Positions 8,400 through 17,303 of a stretch of 64,000 bases of DNA are shown piece by piece; position 1 is the first letter of the stretch, and every line of letters begins with the position of its first letter. Source of the DNA: Gemmatimonadaceae bacterium. GTDB lineage: Bacteria > Gemmatimonadota > Gemmatimonadetes > Gemmatimonadales > Gemmatimonadaceae. Both the position numbers and the translations under genes were made by a program. A model generated the notes under the pieces. The model was not told the DNA's origin. It did not search any database and saw nothing but the letters and a program-made list of their open reading frames with translations. The DNA lies in assembly GCA_014377535.1 (NCBI GenBank), contig JACMPK010000024.1, forward strand, positions 3,942-67,941, read 5' to 3'.

Positions 8400-10079
8400 A
8401 TGCGTCCTGCCATCCGTTCCGCCCTGCTGGTGCTGCTCGTCGCAGCCTGTGCCCGTCGCTCCCCCGACCCCGCGCCCGTGCCGTCCGCACCGCGGCCGGC
8501 AAAGCCCGGAGACGTGATGGTGGACCCCCGTCGTGTCGATGTGCCCGACGAGCGGACGACACGGCTCCGCGGCGCGATCTCGCTGCCGGCTGCACCCGAG
8601 GTTCCGCGCGAGTTCCGCGCATCATGGGTTGCCACGGTGGACAACATCGACTGGCCGTCACGCCGCGACCTCACCACGGCGCAGCAGCAGCAGGAACTGA
8701 TTGCGATGCTTGATCGCACGAAGGCGCTGGGCATGAACGCGATGGTCTTTCAGGTGCGACCAGCGGCCGACGCCATGTATCCGTCGTCGATCGAGCCCTG
8801 GTCTGTCTACCTCGCCGGCGCGCAGGGCCGCGCACCGTTGCCGGCGTGGGATCCGCTCGCCTTCGTGGTGCGCGAGGCACATGCGCGCGGCATTGAGCTG
8901 CATGCATGGTTCAATCCCTACCGCGCGCGTCATCCCAGCGACAGGAGCGCGCTCGACCCGACACACATCGCATCGGCACGACCAGCACTCGTGAAGCGCT
9001 ACGGCAGCTACCTGTGGATGGATCCGGGTGAGCCCGCCGTGATCGAGCAGTCGCTCCGCGTCATCGAAGATGTCGTGCGCCGCTACGACGTGGATGGCGT
9101 GCACATCGACGACTACTTCTATCCCTACAAGGAACGAGACCGGAACGGAACGCTGATCCCGTTCCCCGACGACGAGAGCTACGCGGCCTACACGCAAACG
9201 GGCGGTGCGCTGCAGCGTGATGACTGGCGTCGCGCAAACGTCGACACCTTCGTGAAGCAGATGTACGACCGCGTGAAGCAGGCGAAGCCCTGGGTGAAGG
9301 TCGGCATCAGCCCGTTCGGCATCTGGCGCCCCGGCTATCCGTCCGATGTGCGCGGCTTCGACAGCTACGTGGAGCTGTACGGCGACTCGCGGAAGTGGCT
9401 GCGGGAAGGCTGGCTGGACTACGCCACGCCACAGTTGTACTGGCCCGTCGCGAAAGTGGGCCAGCCGTACCCCTCCCTGCTTCGCTGGTGGGTGGGCGAG
9501 AACGTGAAGGGCCGCCACATGTGGCCAGGCAACTACACGAGCCGCGTCGGCACAGCGGCGGCATGGACCGCCGATGAGCTGGCGAACCAGATCGCGGTGA
9601 CCCGCGGCCAATCAGGTGCAACCGGCAACGTGCATTTCAGCATGGCAGCATTGATGCCATCGAAGCCCGGCGCCGCATCGGCTGTCGAGCGCGACGCGCT
9701 CGCATCGCGTCTGATGCGCGAGCTCTATGCGACACCCGCCCTGATACCTGCATCGCCGTGGCTGTCCAGCGCCCTCGTGAAACTGCCACCACCGGTGATC
9801 ACTGTGGACCCGGACACGCGCACCGGCGCAACATTCCTGACCGCGACGCTGCCGCAAACGCAGATCGCGCGCACCTGGATCGTCTCGCGTTGGGACGGTC
9901 GCCGCTGGTCCACGGAGCTTCGTCCCGCCAACGGACAGACGCTCACAATCGCTCTTGCCTCCACCGCAGACGAAGGCGTGGGCTACTGGATCAGCTGGAC
10001 CGACCGCGTCGGCCTGGAAAGCCCGCGCATCGGCTGGCTTCGCACCAGTGACAACATCACGCAGCAGTTCGGGAATTAG
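8400..10079 (+). CDS. glycoside hydrolase-like family 10 (GHL10 / YngK-type) lipoprotein
   Basis: Lipoprotein signal (LLVLLVAAC). FRASWVATVDNIDWPS and WFNPYR motifs are typical of GHL10 TIM-barrel proteins. An alternative GTG start at 8391 overlaps the upstream stop. Confidence 0.75.
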   Translation: MRPAIRSALLVLLVAACARRSPDPAPVPSAPRPAKPGDVMVDPRRVDVPDERTTRLRGAISLPAAPEVPREFRASWVATVDNIDWPSRRDLTTAQQQQELIAMLDRTKALGMNAMVFQVRPAADAMYPSSIEPWSVYLAGAQGRAPLPAWDPLAFVVREAHARGIELHAWFNPYRARHPSDRSALDPTHIASARPALVKRYGSYLWMDPGEPAVIEQSLRVIEDVVRRYDVDGVHIDDYFYPYKERDRNGTLIPFPDDESYAAYTQTGGALQRDDWRRANVDTFVKQMYDRVKQAKPWVKVGISPFGIWRPGYPSDVRGFDSYVELYGDSRKWLREGWLDYATPQLYWPVAKVGQPYPSLLRWWVGENVKGRHMWPGNYTSRVGTAAAWTADELANQIAVTRGQSGATGNVHFSMAALMPSKPGAASAVERDALASRLMRELYATPALIPASPWLSSALVKLPPPVITVDPDTRTGATFLTATLPQTQIARTWIVSRWDGRRWSTELRPANGQTLTIALASTADEGVGYWISWTDRVGLESPRIGWLRTSDNITQQFGN

Positions 10080-10322
10080 TAGCAGATTGGAATGGCGTGC
10101 GGATTACCGCTCACCGCTGACGGCGTACGGATCTGACGCAGAACGGCTCGATGCAGAACGGCTGAACAACGGTTCAATTCATGTCTGCCAGTTCCACTTC
10201 CGCGAGAAGGCTTTGTGCCAGCATCGTACTTTTTGGAAACGGCAGCGACAATGGCAACAGCTTTGACGCAGAACTGCCACAAGGCGCAAGACTGCAGGTG
10301 CACTCATTGCGGTCAGCGCCGT

Positions 10323-10355
10323 CAGCACATGTCCGCTGCATGCGGACATGTGCTG
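10323..10355. other. perfect 14-bp stem hairpin in a 0.5-kb non-coding gap
   Basis: CAGCACATGTCCGC-TGCAT-GCGGACATGTGCTG, with no flanking T-run. Confidence 0.6.
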
Positions 10356-10602
10356 TCCTGAGAACAGCACCAGCGGCCCCTTCGCTGACATCACCAGTCG
10401 ACCGCGCTCGCGGCACTGAGCCTCGCGTCCACGCAAGCAGTTCCAAAAAAATCGACGCACGCACCTGTACGCGATCGCGCCGGTAACTGACCGCGAAGGG
10501 CCGAACTGCTGTTCTCTGTTCAACGCAGTGCTGCGTCAGTTCAGTACTGCGTCAAACCCGGTGTGTTTCAGCCGTTGCCATTCAGCAATCACCACCGGAC
10601 TG

Positions 10603-11802
10603 TCAGTCCCGGTACGGCGACTCGTCAGCCGTGGCGGCGACTGGCGCCGGTGCCACGGCCGCAGGCTTGGCAGCGACCGGCGACGGTGCTGTGAGCGCCC
10701 GCAGCACGCCGGGGCCGAGCAGGTCGGCTTGCCAGCGGCGCAGATCAGGAATTTCATACAGCTCATCCATCGTCGTCGGCATCCGACGCGCGATCGTCTC
10801 GAGCTTCTCGCGCGAGCAGAGCACACCCGGATCCAGTTCGAGTCGCGTGGCGACTTCGTCGCGCACGGTGCGCATGCGTGCCGCGCGGTCATCGAACTCC
10901 GGGTCCTTCTCCCATCGCGGCGCTTTCGGGAATTTCGGCAACTCCGCCTCGTCCAGTGCCATCGCGCGCGTGACGCACGCCAGCACGACCTCGCCGCGTT
11001 GCTCCAGCACGCCGCGCGGCATGCCCTTGATCACGCCGAGTGCCTGGCGCGTCGTCGGCTGCGTCCGTGCGATCTCCAGCAAGACGTCGTTGCTCACCAC
11101 GCGGAACGTGGCGCGGTCCAGTTCCTTCGCGACGCCGTCCCGCCACGGCACCAGTTCGCGCAGTACCGCGAGCTCACGGCGCTTGAGATCGCGCGCGCCC
11201 TTCAACTTCAGAAAGTTCTGCGACGAATCCTCGGCCGACCACTGCGTCTGCTCCAGGCGCGTGAACTCTTCCTTCGCCCAGCTCAGGCGACCCTTGGCAT
11301 CCAGCTCCCCATGCAGGATGTCGCGCAATGCGAGCAGGTACATCGTGTCCTGCGAGGCGTACTGCAGCATGCCGTCGCTCAGTGGGCGCAGGCTCCAGTC
11401 GGCGCGCTGGAACTTCTTGTCCAGCGAGATGCCGAAGTGCAGCTCCAACAGCGCCGCGAGTCCGAACGCCTTGTAGCCGAGCAGCTGCGCGGCGATGCGC
11501 GTGTCGAAGATGTGGCGCGTCGCCCAACCGTAGTCCTGCCGCAGCAGTCGCAGGTCGTAATCGGCATCATGAAACACGATCTCGACACCGGGACTTTCCA
11601 CGAGCGGGCGCAGCGACGACAGGTCGCCAGTCGGCAGCGGGTCCACGATGGCCGTCGCATCGCGCGTGGAGAGCTGCATCAGGTAGACGCGGTCCACGAA
11701 GCGGTGGAAGCTTGCCCCTTCGGTATCGAGTGCGATGCTGGGGGCTCCAGCAATCTCTGCAGCAAAACCGGCCACCGCGTGCGCGGTATCGAGGTACTGC
11801 AT
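10603..11802 (-). CDS. rnd: ribonuclease D
   Basis: The DEDD 3'-5' exonuclease N-terminus (IALDTEGASFHRF...LMQLSTRD) aligns with the E. coli RNase D start, and an HRDC-like C-terminal region is present. Start set at the internal ATG (MQYLD). Confidence 0.88.
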   Translation of the reverse strand: MQYLDTAHAVAGFAAEIAGAPSIALDTEGASFHRFVDRVYLMQLSTRDATAIVDPLPTGDLSSLRPLVESPGVEIVFHDADYDLRLLRQDYGWATRHIFDTRIAAQLLGYKAFGLAALLELHFGISLDKKFQRADWSLRPLSDGMLQYASQDTMYLLALRDILHGELDAKGRLSWAKEEFTRLEQTQWSAEDSSQNFLKLKGARDLKRRELAVLRELVPWRDGVAKELDRATFRVVSNDVLLEIARTQPTTRQALGVIKGMPRGVLEQRGEVVLACVTRAMALDEAELPKFPKAPRWEKDPEFDDRAARMRTVRDEVATRLELDPGVLCSREKLETIARRMPTTMDELYEIPDLRRWQADLLGPGVLRALTAPSPVAAKPAAVAPAPVAATADESPYRD

Positions 11803-11884
11803 GATGTGGCTTGGCGGGCGAGGTGGCATCCACAAGGATATCCGCCCCTGCCTATCGTGGCGCGCGTCGTGCAAGATTCAGCGT

Positions 11885-12706
11885 ATGGAACAGACTTTGT
11901 CATTGCCGCACGGAACACTCGCGTGGAACGACGTCGGACCGCATCGCGGATCGCAGACCGTCGTCCTGCTGCACGGATTTCCCCATGACCGCGGGCTCTG
12001 GGATGCGCAGCGTGACGCATGCGAAACAGCGTTCCCCGATACCCGCTTTCTGATGCCGGACCTGCCGGGCTTCGGACGATCAGCGCCACTCACCACGCCC
12101 GGCATGGATGGGTACGCCGATGCGGTGGCTGCGATGTTGGATGCGGCCGGCGTGACCCAGGCGGTCATCGGCGGGTTGTCGATGGGCGGGTACGTCGCAT
12201 TCGCTTTCTGGCGTCGCCATGCCGCGCGTGTCCGCGCACTGATGCTCATGGACACGAAGGCCGGCGCGGACAACGAGGCCGCGGCAGCGAAGCGCCGCGA
12301 GCTGATCGCGTCGGTGCAACGAGATGGCGTCGGCGCACTCGTCGACAGCCTTGTGGCCTCGCAACTCGGACGCGCGACCCGCGAACGCGATCCGGCACTC
12401 GTGGAGCGCGTGGGTGTGATGCTGCGCCGCGCTCCGGCCAGCGGCGTGGTGAGTGCCGCACAGGCCATGATCGATCGTCGCGACTCGACCGGCACGCTGG
12501 AGACCATCACGGTGCCAACCCTGGTGCTGGTCGGCATGGACGACGAACTCACGCCCGTCGCAGAGTCGATCGCCATGTCCTCGGCCATCCCGGGATCACG
12601 CCTCGTGACGATTCCGGATGCGGGTCATCTCGCGCCGCTTGAACAGCCGCAGGTGGTCAATGCGGCGACCGCGGAATTCCTGGACGTGGCGGTGCGCGAG
12701 AACTGA
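11885..12706 (+). CDS. alpha/beta fold hydrolase
   Basis: VVLLHGFPHD, nucleophile elbow GLSMGG, and C-terminal IPDAGHLAPLEQP. Confidence 0.85.
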   Translation: MEQTLSLPHGTLAWNDVGPHRGSQTVVLLHGFPHDRGLWDAQRDACETAFPDTRFLMPDLPGFGRSAPLTTPGMDGYADAVAAMLDAAGVTQAVIGGLSMGGYVAFAFWRRHAARVRALMLMDTKAGADNEAAAAKRRELIASVQRDGVGALVDSLVASQLGRATRERDPALVERVGVMLRRAPASGVVSAAQAMIDRRDSTGTLETITVPTLVLVGMDDELTPVAESIAMSSAIPGSRLVTIPDAGHLAPLEQPQVVNAATAEFLDVAVREN

Positions 12707-12726
12707 CTGGCGCCGCACACGCACGA

Positions 12727-12990
12727 TCAGCGCGTGGGGCGGCCCGGCGGTGTGTCGCTCTTGAAGACGTCGCGGTTGATCTGCACGTATTTCACCATCG
12801 CGGCCGGCACGTCTTCTTCGGGGAAGATGGCAGTCACCGGGCACTCCGGCTCACAGGCGCCGCAGTCGATGCATTCGTCGGGCTGGATGAACAGCTGTTC
12901 CGGACCTTCATAGATGCAGTCCACGGGGCAGACGTCGACGCACGCCTTGTCCTTGGTATTGATGCAGGCTTCGGTGATCACATACGGCAT
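12727..12990 (-). CDS. ferredoxin (4Fe-4S/3Fe-4S, FdxA-like)
   Basis: MPYVITEACINTKDKACVDVCPVDCIY...CIDCGACEPECP cysteine pattern. Confidence 0.9.
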   Translation of the reverse strand: MPYVITEACINTKDKACVDVCPVDCIYEGPEQLFIQPDECIDCGACEPECPVTAIFPEEDVPAAMVKYVQINRDVFKSDTPPGRPTR

Positions 12991-13137
12991 ATGCGCAGTC
13001 CGACGATTGAAAGTCTTCTGAGGGAAGCGGGCTCGAATCCCGCTGGAACGACCGGTGATGCTGCTGCAGATGGATCTATGCAGTTTTTCTGCCGACGCAA
13101 CACATGTATAACGCGCATGCCGTCGACAGCGATCCCG

Positions 13138-13440
13138 CTAACTGCGCCACGGGGCGACGCCGCTCTTCCGCTTCAGGTCCGGGTTCCAGCGATACAGCGT
13201 GCAGGTGCGCCCAATGACCTGGACGACTTCGGCGCTGGTCGCGTCGGCGATTCGCGCAGCGGCCGCCCTGGGGGTCTCGTCCGTGGTCTTTGCGAGCTGA
13301 ATCTTCACCAGCTCGCGGGTGCGGAGTGCATCATCGATGGTGGCGACGATGTTGTCGGTCACACCCTGATGCCCGATATGCACCGCCGCGCTCAGGTGAT
13401 GCGCCTCACCGCGCAGCGCTGCGCGGTCCTTGCTGGTCAT
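13138..13440 (-). CDS. yhbY: ribosome assembly RNA-binding protein YhbY (CRM domain)
   Basis: LRGEAHHL..VHIGHQGVTDNIV..IDDAL..RELVKI...IGRT..LYR pattern. Start at internal ATG 13440, just after the upstream stop. Confidence 0.85.
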   Translation of the reverse strand: MTSKDRAALRGEAHHLSAAVHIGHQGVTDNIVATIDDALRTRELVKIQLAKTTDETPRAAAARIADATSAEVVQVIGRTCTLYRWNPDLKRKSGVAPWRS

Positions 13441-13442
13441 GG

Positions 13443-14108
13443 TCAACGCAACGCTCCCGGGAGCTGGAGAAACGGCTTCGGATCGATGGGGACACCGTCC
13501 CACAGTCGATTGCGATCGAGCAGCCGCATGATCTGGAAATGGAGGTGCGGCACATCCGGCGGCGCATTCCCCGTAGTCCCAACGTAACCGAGGATGTCAC
13601 CCCGCCGCACTCGCTGCGCCACGTGCAGGTCAGGGGCGTAACCGTCGAGATGGGCGTAGTAATAGACGAACCGGTCGTCAGGATCCGTGGCGTAGATGGT
13701 GATGCCACCAAGTGTGCTGACGCCCAGACGCCGGATCACACCGTCATCCGCGCTGATGACGAGCGTGCCGCGCGGCGCCATGATATCGGCGGCATTGTGC
13801 CGCCGCGCACCACTCCGTCCATCGGAGAATGTCGCCCCCACATCGGCTGGATACTTGCCGAGCACCGGAACCACGAGCACGCGGGCGCGCAGACGGTCGG
13901 CGTCCTCGAGGGTGACGACGCCTTTTGCGGGATCGTACAGCGCGAGGTCGGCTACTGGCCCAACCTGCGCTGGCACCGGTCGTGATGATTCGAACCACGT
14001 GTCTCGGTTAGCGCGCGCCGGCGGCCTGCCACTGCGACATGAAGATGCCAGTATCAGAGCAGCAACGCAGCAAATACGAAGATTACGCAACAACGTCCCT
14101 GCGTAGCG
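13443..14108 (-). CDS. M23 family metallopeptidase (lipoprotein)
   Basis: YYYAHL...GDILGYVGTTGNAPPDVPHLHFQI M23 motifs and a lipobox-like LILASSC. The exact start is uncertain (GTG 14108 or nearby TTG). Confidence 0.8.
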   Translation of the reverse strand, partial: RYAGTLLRNLRICCVAALILASSCRSGRPPARANRDTWFESSRPVPAQVGPVADLALYDPAKGVVTLEDADRLRARVLVVPVLGKYPADVGATFSDGRSGARRHNAADIMAPRGTLVISADDGVIRRLGVSTLGGITIYATDPDDRFVYYYAHLDGYAPDLHVAQRVRRGDILGYVGTTGNAPPDVPHLHFQIMRLLDRNRLWDGVPIDPKPFLQLPGALR

Positions 14109-14415
14109 CACTGGCCTCGGCAGAAAACCCGTCCGGATAGCGTGTGCGCAACTTGTCCACGTTGCGCTGCGCCACATCATCCAGTGACATACCCATGGCC
14201 GTCGCCATGCCGGCGACATACCACATCACGTCGCCCAGCTCCTTCATCACCTCGTCAGGGTCCAGTGGCTTGCCGTGGAACAGATGCTTCTTGAGCATGT
14301 CCGCCGTCTCGCCCGCTTCACCGGCCAGACCCAGCGCCATGTTCGAGAGCTGGTCGGCATGGGTACGGGTGCCGATCGTGCGTGCGGCGAGCTGCTGATA
14401 CTCGTCGAGGGTCAT
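14083..14415 (-). CDS. MazG-like nucleotide pyrophosphohydrolase domain protein
   Basis: LDEYQQLA...LGLAGEAGE..D..KK...ELGDVMWY pattern. Start at the internal ATG (MTLDEY). Confidence 0.8.
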   Translation of the reverse strand: MTLDEYQQLAARTIGTRTHADQLSNMALGLAGEAGETADMLKKHLFHGKPLDPDEVMKELGDVMWYVAGMATAMGMSLDDVAQRNVDKLRTRYPDGFSAEASALRRDVVA

Positions 14416-14518
14416 GAATCGCGTGGCGCAGGGGAAAGAGTCCGGATCGAATGCAGTAGAATTTACCGAACGCCGCGCCTGTCGGGCGACCTGCCTCATC
14501 GTTTCACGGAGATCGTAC

Positions 14519-14902
14519 ATGCCACTCGTCACCATCGTCACCGGCGTCCTGCTGTCGGTCCTCGGCCTCATGGGCTACCTCTTCAGTGACTCGAGGAGCC
14601 TGACGGCACTCATTCCCCTCGCGTTCGGATCGCTGCTGGAATTCTGCGGCGTGCTCGCCCTGAATCCGGCCATGAAGAAGCACGCCATGCACGGTGCGTC
14701 GGTGCTCGCCCTGCTCGGCGTGCTTGGCTCGGCGCGCGGGCTGCCCGGATTCTTCGCGATCCTGAGCGGTGACCAGGTTGCGCGCCCGCTCGGCGCGCTC
14801 GTGCAGGGCGCCATGTTCGCGATCTGCCTGATCTTCCTGGTGCTCTGCATCCGGAGCTTTCGCGCTGCCCGCAAGACACGACAGGCTGGCGCGACCGCCT
14901 GA
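14519..14902 (+). CDS. hypothetical membrane protein (4 predicted TM segments)
   Basis: 127-aa hydrophobic ORF starting MPLVTIVTGVLLSVLGL. Confidence 0.55.
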   Translation: MPLVTIVTGVLLSVLGLMGYLFSDSRSLTALIPLAFGSLLEFCGVLALNPAMKKHAMHGASVLALLGVLGSARGLPGFFAILSGDQVARPLGALVQGAMFAICLIFLVLCIRSFRAARKTRQAGATA

Positions 14903-14941
14903 GGCGCCGCGGCTGGAATGGCTCATTCTGCTTCACTGGCT

Positions 14942-15069
14942 GGAACGGCAACGGCCCTGACGCAGCGCAGCGGCTTCGCCATATATGAACCGGATTGAAC
15001 GGAAAACGGCGGCTTCGCCATGCGGAACGGCCGTGAACAGCGAACAGCTGCGTGCCGTTGCCGATCTCC
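14942..15069. repeat. inverted repeat with GGCAACGGC arms, possibly related to the CGGAG-octamer element family
   Basis: Left arm GGAACGGCAACGGCCCTGACGCAGCG (14942-14967). The reverse complement of the right arm is GGAGATCGGCAACGGCACGCAGCTG (15045-15069). It lies between convergent genes. Confidence 0.35.
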
Positions 15070-15079
15070 GCCGCGCCGG

Positions 15080-16066
15080 TCAGCGTTTCTCGACCGTGAA
15101 GCCGCTGGCGAAACGTGCGAAGCTGACGGAGTCCGTCATGCGCAGCGCCGCCCACGTTTCCATGGCCGGTCGCAGGCTGTGCACGATGATTTCATGCGTA
15201 CCGTCGCCGTCGACATCGAGCACCGAGATCAGCTCGTGGAGCGGATACGACAGGTCGCGGAGGCGGCCGCTGCGTGTCTTGCCGGTGGACCTGACCAGCA
15301 CGACCTTCTCGATCGTTTCGGGCGTGATCGCGAGAGGACGGATGGCGATCAGGGCGCGGAATGTGCCGAAGCAGCCGTATACGACGCTGACTGACGTGTC
15401 TTTCGACGGCGTGTAGCGAGCGACGGTTGCCGAGATCGCGGTGGTGTCGCCGGGATCGCAGGCCGCGGCGGCGTTGCGCCGCGGTGTGCGTGGCGGCATG
15501 CCTCGCCACTCGACCGGCATGGCGGTGCCGAGTATTGCGCTGGCCGGTGCATTCAGGCGTGCCACGATGCGACGACCCGTGACACGCAGGTCAGCCACTG
15601 TCACGCTCATCGCACCAGCGGGGCCGTGGAGCGTGAACGGCATGCCCGGCTGGATCGGGCTGCGGGCGGCGAGCATGCGGACCAGTGCCGACTGTGCCGC
15701 CGATGAGCTGCTCACGCCGTCGTCGATACGGCCGATGTCCACGGCCGGTGCGCTGTCGACCAATCGGGCCATGAACCAGCGCTGTGTGCGCGGGGCGAAG
15801 ACGGCACGTTCGGCGAGTGCCGCCGATTCGCCGTCGAGCGGTGCCTTCGCGTCGGTTGGCAACAGCGCGAGCATCACGGTGGTGCTGTCGATGGGCGGTG
15901 CGGGCACCGTGTCCGGCCGTTCGCCGGCGGCGGAGTCGACCGCCGGCAGCGAGTCGACGGTAGCGGTGGCCTGCGGACTGCCGGGTGACGCGCCATCGGG
16001 TGCGCGGCATGCCGCGAACGAAAGCGTGAGTGCCGCAGCCGTCACGAGTCGATGCGGCGTGTGCAT
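15080..16066 (-). CDS. hypothetical lipoprotein (contains a DVDGDGTHEIIV FG-GAP/VCBS-like motif)
   Basis: Lipobox LTLSFAAC. Abuts the FHA gene with no gap. Confidence 0.5.
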   Translation of the reverse strand: MHTPHRLVTAAALTLSFAACRAPDGASPGSPQATATVDSLPAVDSAAGERPDTVPAPPIDSTTVMLALLPTDAKAPLDGESAALAERAVFAPRTQRWFMARLVDSAPAVDIGRIDDGVSSSSAAQSALVRMLAARSPIQPGMPFTLHGPAGAMSVTVADLRVTGRRIVARLNAPASAILGTAMPVEWRGMPPRTPRRNAAAACDPGDTTAISATVARYTPSKDTSVSVVYGCFGTFRALIAIRPLAITPETIEKVVLVRSTGKTRSGRLRDLSYPLHELISVLDVDGDGTHEIIVHSLRPAMETWAALRMTDSVSFARFASGFTVEKR

Positions 16067-16897
16067 TCAGTCCAGGTACTGCAGCAGCGGGGCGATCAAG
16101 CCATAGCGCCAGGCCAGGACACCACCGAGTCCGAGCAGCAGCAGCAGCGCGATTCCTGTGATCGCGCGCTGCCAGGTGCGACGCTGGCGCACTTCACGCT
16201 CCTCGCGGCGCTCGACGACGCCCAGCTTACCCGTCGGCACATGACGGGTGTAATGGTTCGAACGCATCGCGATCGCCGTCTCGAGCGCTCGGCGCACTGG
16301 CGGATCCACCGTGAACCAAAGCACCGTGCGGCCGATGCCGATCGCGTCGCCATCGGACAGGCGCGTGGCGCGCTCGACCTTGTTGCCGTTCAGCAACATC
16401 AGCGCGCCAACCTCGGGCAGCAGGCGGATTGCATCGCCCTCACGCTCGAGGCGGGCGTGGACCTTGTGCACCTCGGGCTCCTGCACCAGCACCGTACTGC
16501 CCGCCTCGCGCCCGATCGTCGTGGCGTCCTGCCCGATGGCGTAGATGCGATCGCGTCGTGCGTCGCGCAGCCAGCCTGTGCCGGTCCCCGTGACCGACAG
16601 CGGCGCCTCCGACACGAAGCGGAATTCGTGCGAGGACGCCATCACGATCGTGTCGCCGGGCTGCAGACGGTACGGCTCGCCGGTGAGCGACTCGCCGTTG
16701 ACCCTGATGTCCGCGTCCACGTTCGCACGACTGATCGTAGCCGTGCCAGACGAAACATCGGACATCACCAGCGCGTGCAGGCGGAGCAGGTCGGGTTCGC
16801 GGATGCGCCAGGTCGCTTCGACACCGCTTCCGATGGACAGGACGCCCAAACCGAGGGGTCGCGTCTGATCGCCGAAGATGAGATGGGCCATCTGCAC
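16067..16897 (-). CDS. tandem FHA domain-containing membrane-anchored protein
   Basis: Two FHA-like modules (SIGSG...RLHALV...VNGESL...GDTIV and TIGRE...VHARLE...LNGNKV...GDAIGIG), plus a C-terminal TM segment (AITGIALLLLLGLGGVLAW). Confidence 0.7.
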   Translation of the reverse strand: MQMAHLIFGDQTRPLGLGVLSIGSGVEATWRIREPDLLRLHALVMSDVSSGTATISRANVDADIRVNGESLTGEPYRLQPGDTIVMASSHEFRFVSEAPLSVTGTGTGWLRDARRDRIYAIGQDATTIGREAGSTVLVQEPEVHKVHARLEREGDAIRLLPEVGALMLLNGNKVERATRLSDGDAIGIGRTVLWFTVDPPVRRALETAIAMRSNHYTRHVPTGKLGVVERREEREVRQRRTWQRAITGIALLLLLGLGGVLAWRYGLIAPLLQYLD

Positions 16898-17252
16898 GCT
16901 GGAGTGACATCAACGAAGGCAACGAGCCTTCCGGTCGGAGGTCCGAACCCGGGCTGCAAAGATAACCGGAGCCACGCCTTCGCGGACGACGGGACGCATT
17001 TCGGTGAGAACGAGCGAACTGCTGGCGGCGAACGGGCAGCACAACGGAGGCGTCTCTCGCGTGTCAGGTGCCTGGCTGCCCGAGCATGCGAGCGTCCGTT
17101 CGGTGTCCGCAGGCGCGCCGAGCGCGCGTACATGAAATGTTCCCAACCGTTCCCGCCTCGGGCCTACGACGTTGCAGCGAATGCATGAGGTCAGACACTT
17201 CCCGTGATCGAACAGCCGTGTTGGGGTGGGCGATGGCTGGGCTTTCACGTAG

Positions 17253-17276
17253 TTCGTCAACAGTTTTGTTGACGAA
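17253..17276. promoter_or_regulatory. SufR-type operator: TTCGTCAACA-GTTT-TGTTGACGAA palindrome containing CAAC-N6-GTTG
   Basis: Perfect 10+10 inverted repeat, 28 nt upstream of the sufR ATG. The core CAAC(17258-61)-N6-GTTG(17268-71) matches my recollection of the cyanobacterial SufR operator. Confidence 0.6.
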
Positions 17277-17296
17277 TTGCCGGATTCGACTAGCTT
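17269..17296 (+). promoter_or_regulatory. candidate suf promoter (TTGACG-N16-TAGCTT) overlapping the operator
   Basis: The -10-like box ends 7 nt before the sufR ATG (17304), which would give a leaderless or near-leaderless mRNA. Sequence match only. Confidence 0.3.
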
Positions 17297-17303
17297 GCGC
17301 CAC

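Noticed and set aside
10528-11988. 486-aa plus-strand ORF overlapping RNase D.
   Set aside because: It lies antisense to a clear rnd gene and has an arginine-rich, low-complexity product.
13021-13050. tRNA-like T-arm (GCGGG-CTCGAAT-CCCGC) upstream of the ferredoxin gene.
   Set aside because: No matching acceptor 5' strand, D-arm or anticodon arm can be drawn, and a full tRNA would overlap the ferredoxin start codon. It is probably just a 5'-UTR or terminator hairpin, or at most a tRNA 3' fragment.
16921-16990. CCGGAAGG-containing segment on the minus strand that superficially recalls SRP RNA domain IV.
   Set aside because: It lacks the conserved GGAAGCAGC / AGG..CA symmetric-loop sequence, and no extended helix 8 or helix 5 pairing can be drawn.
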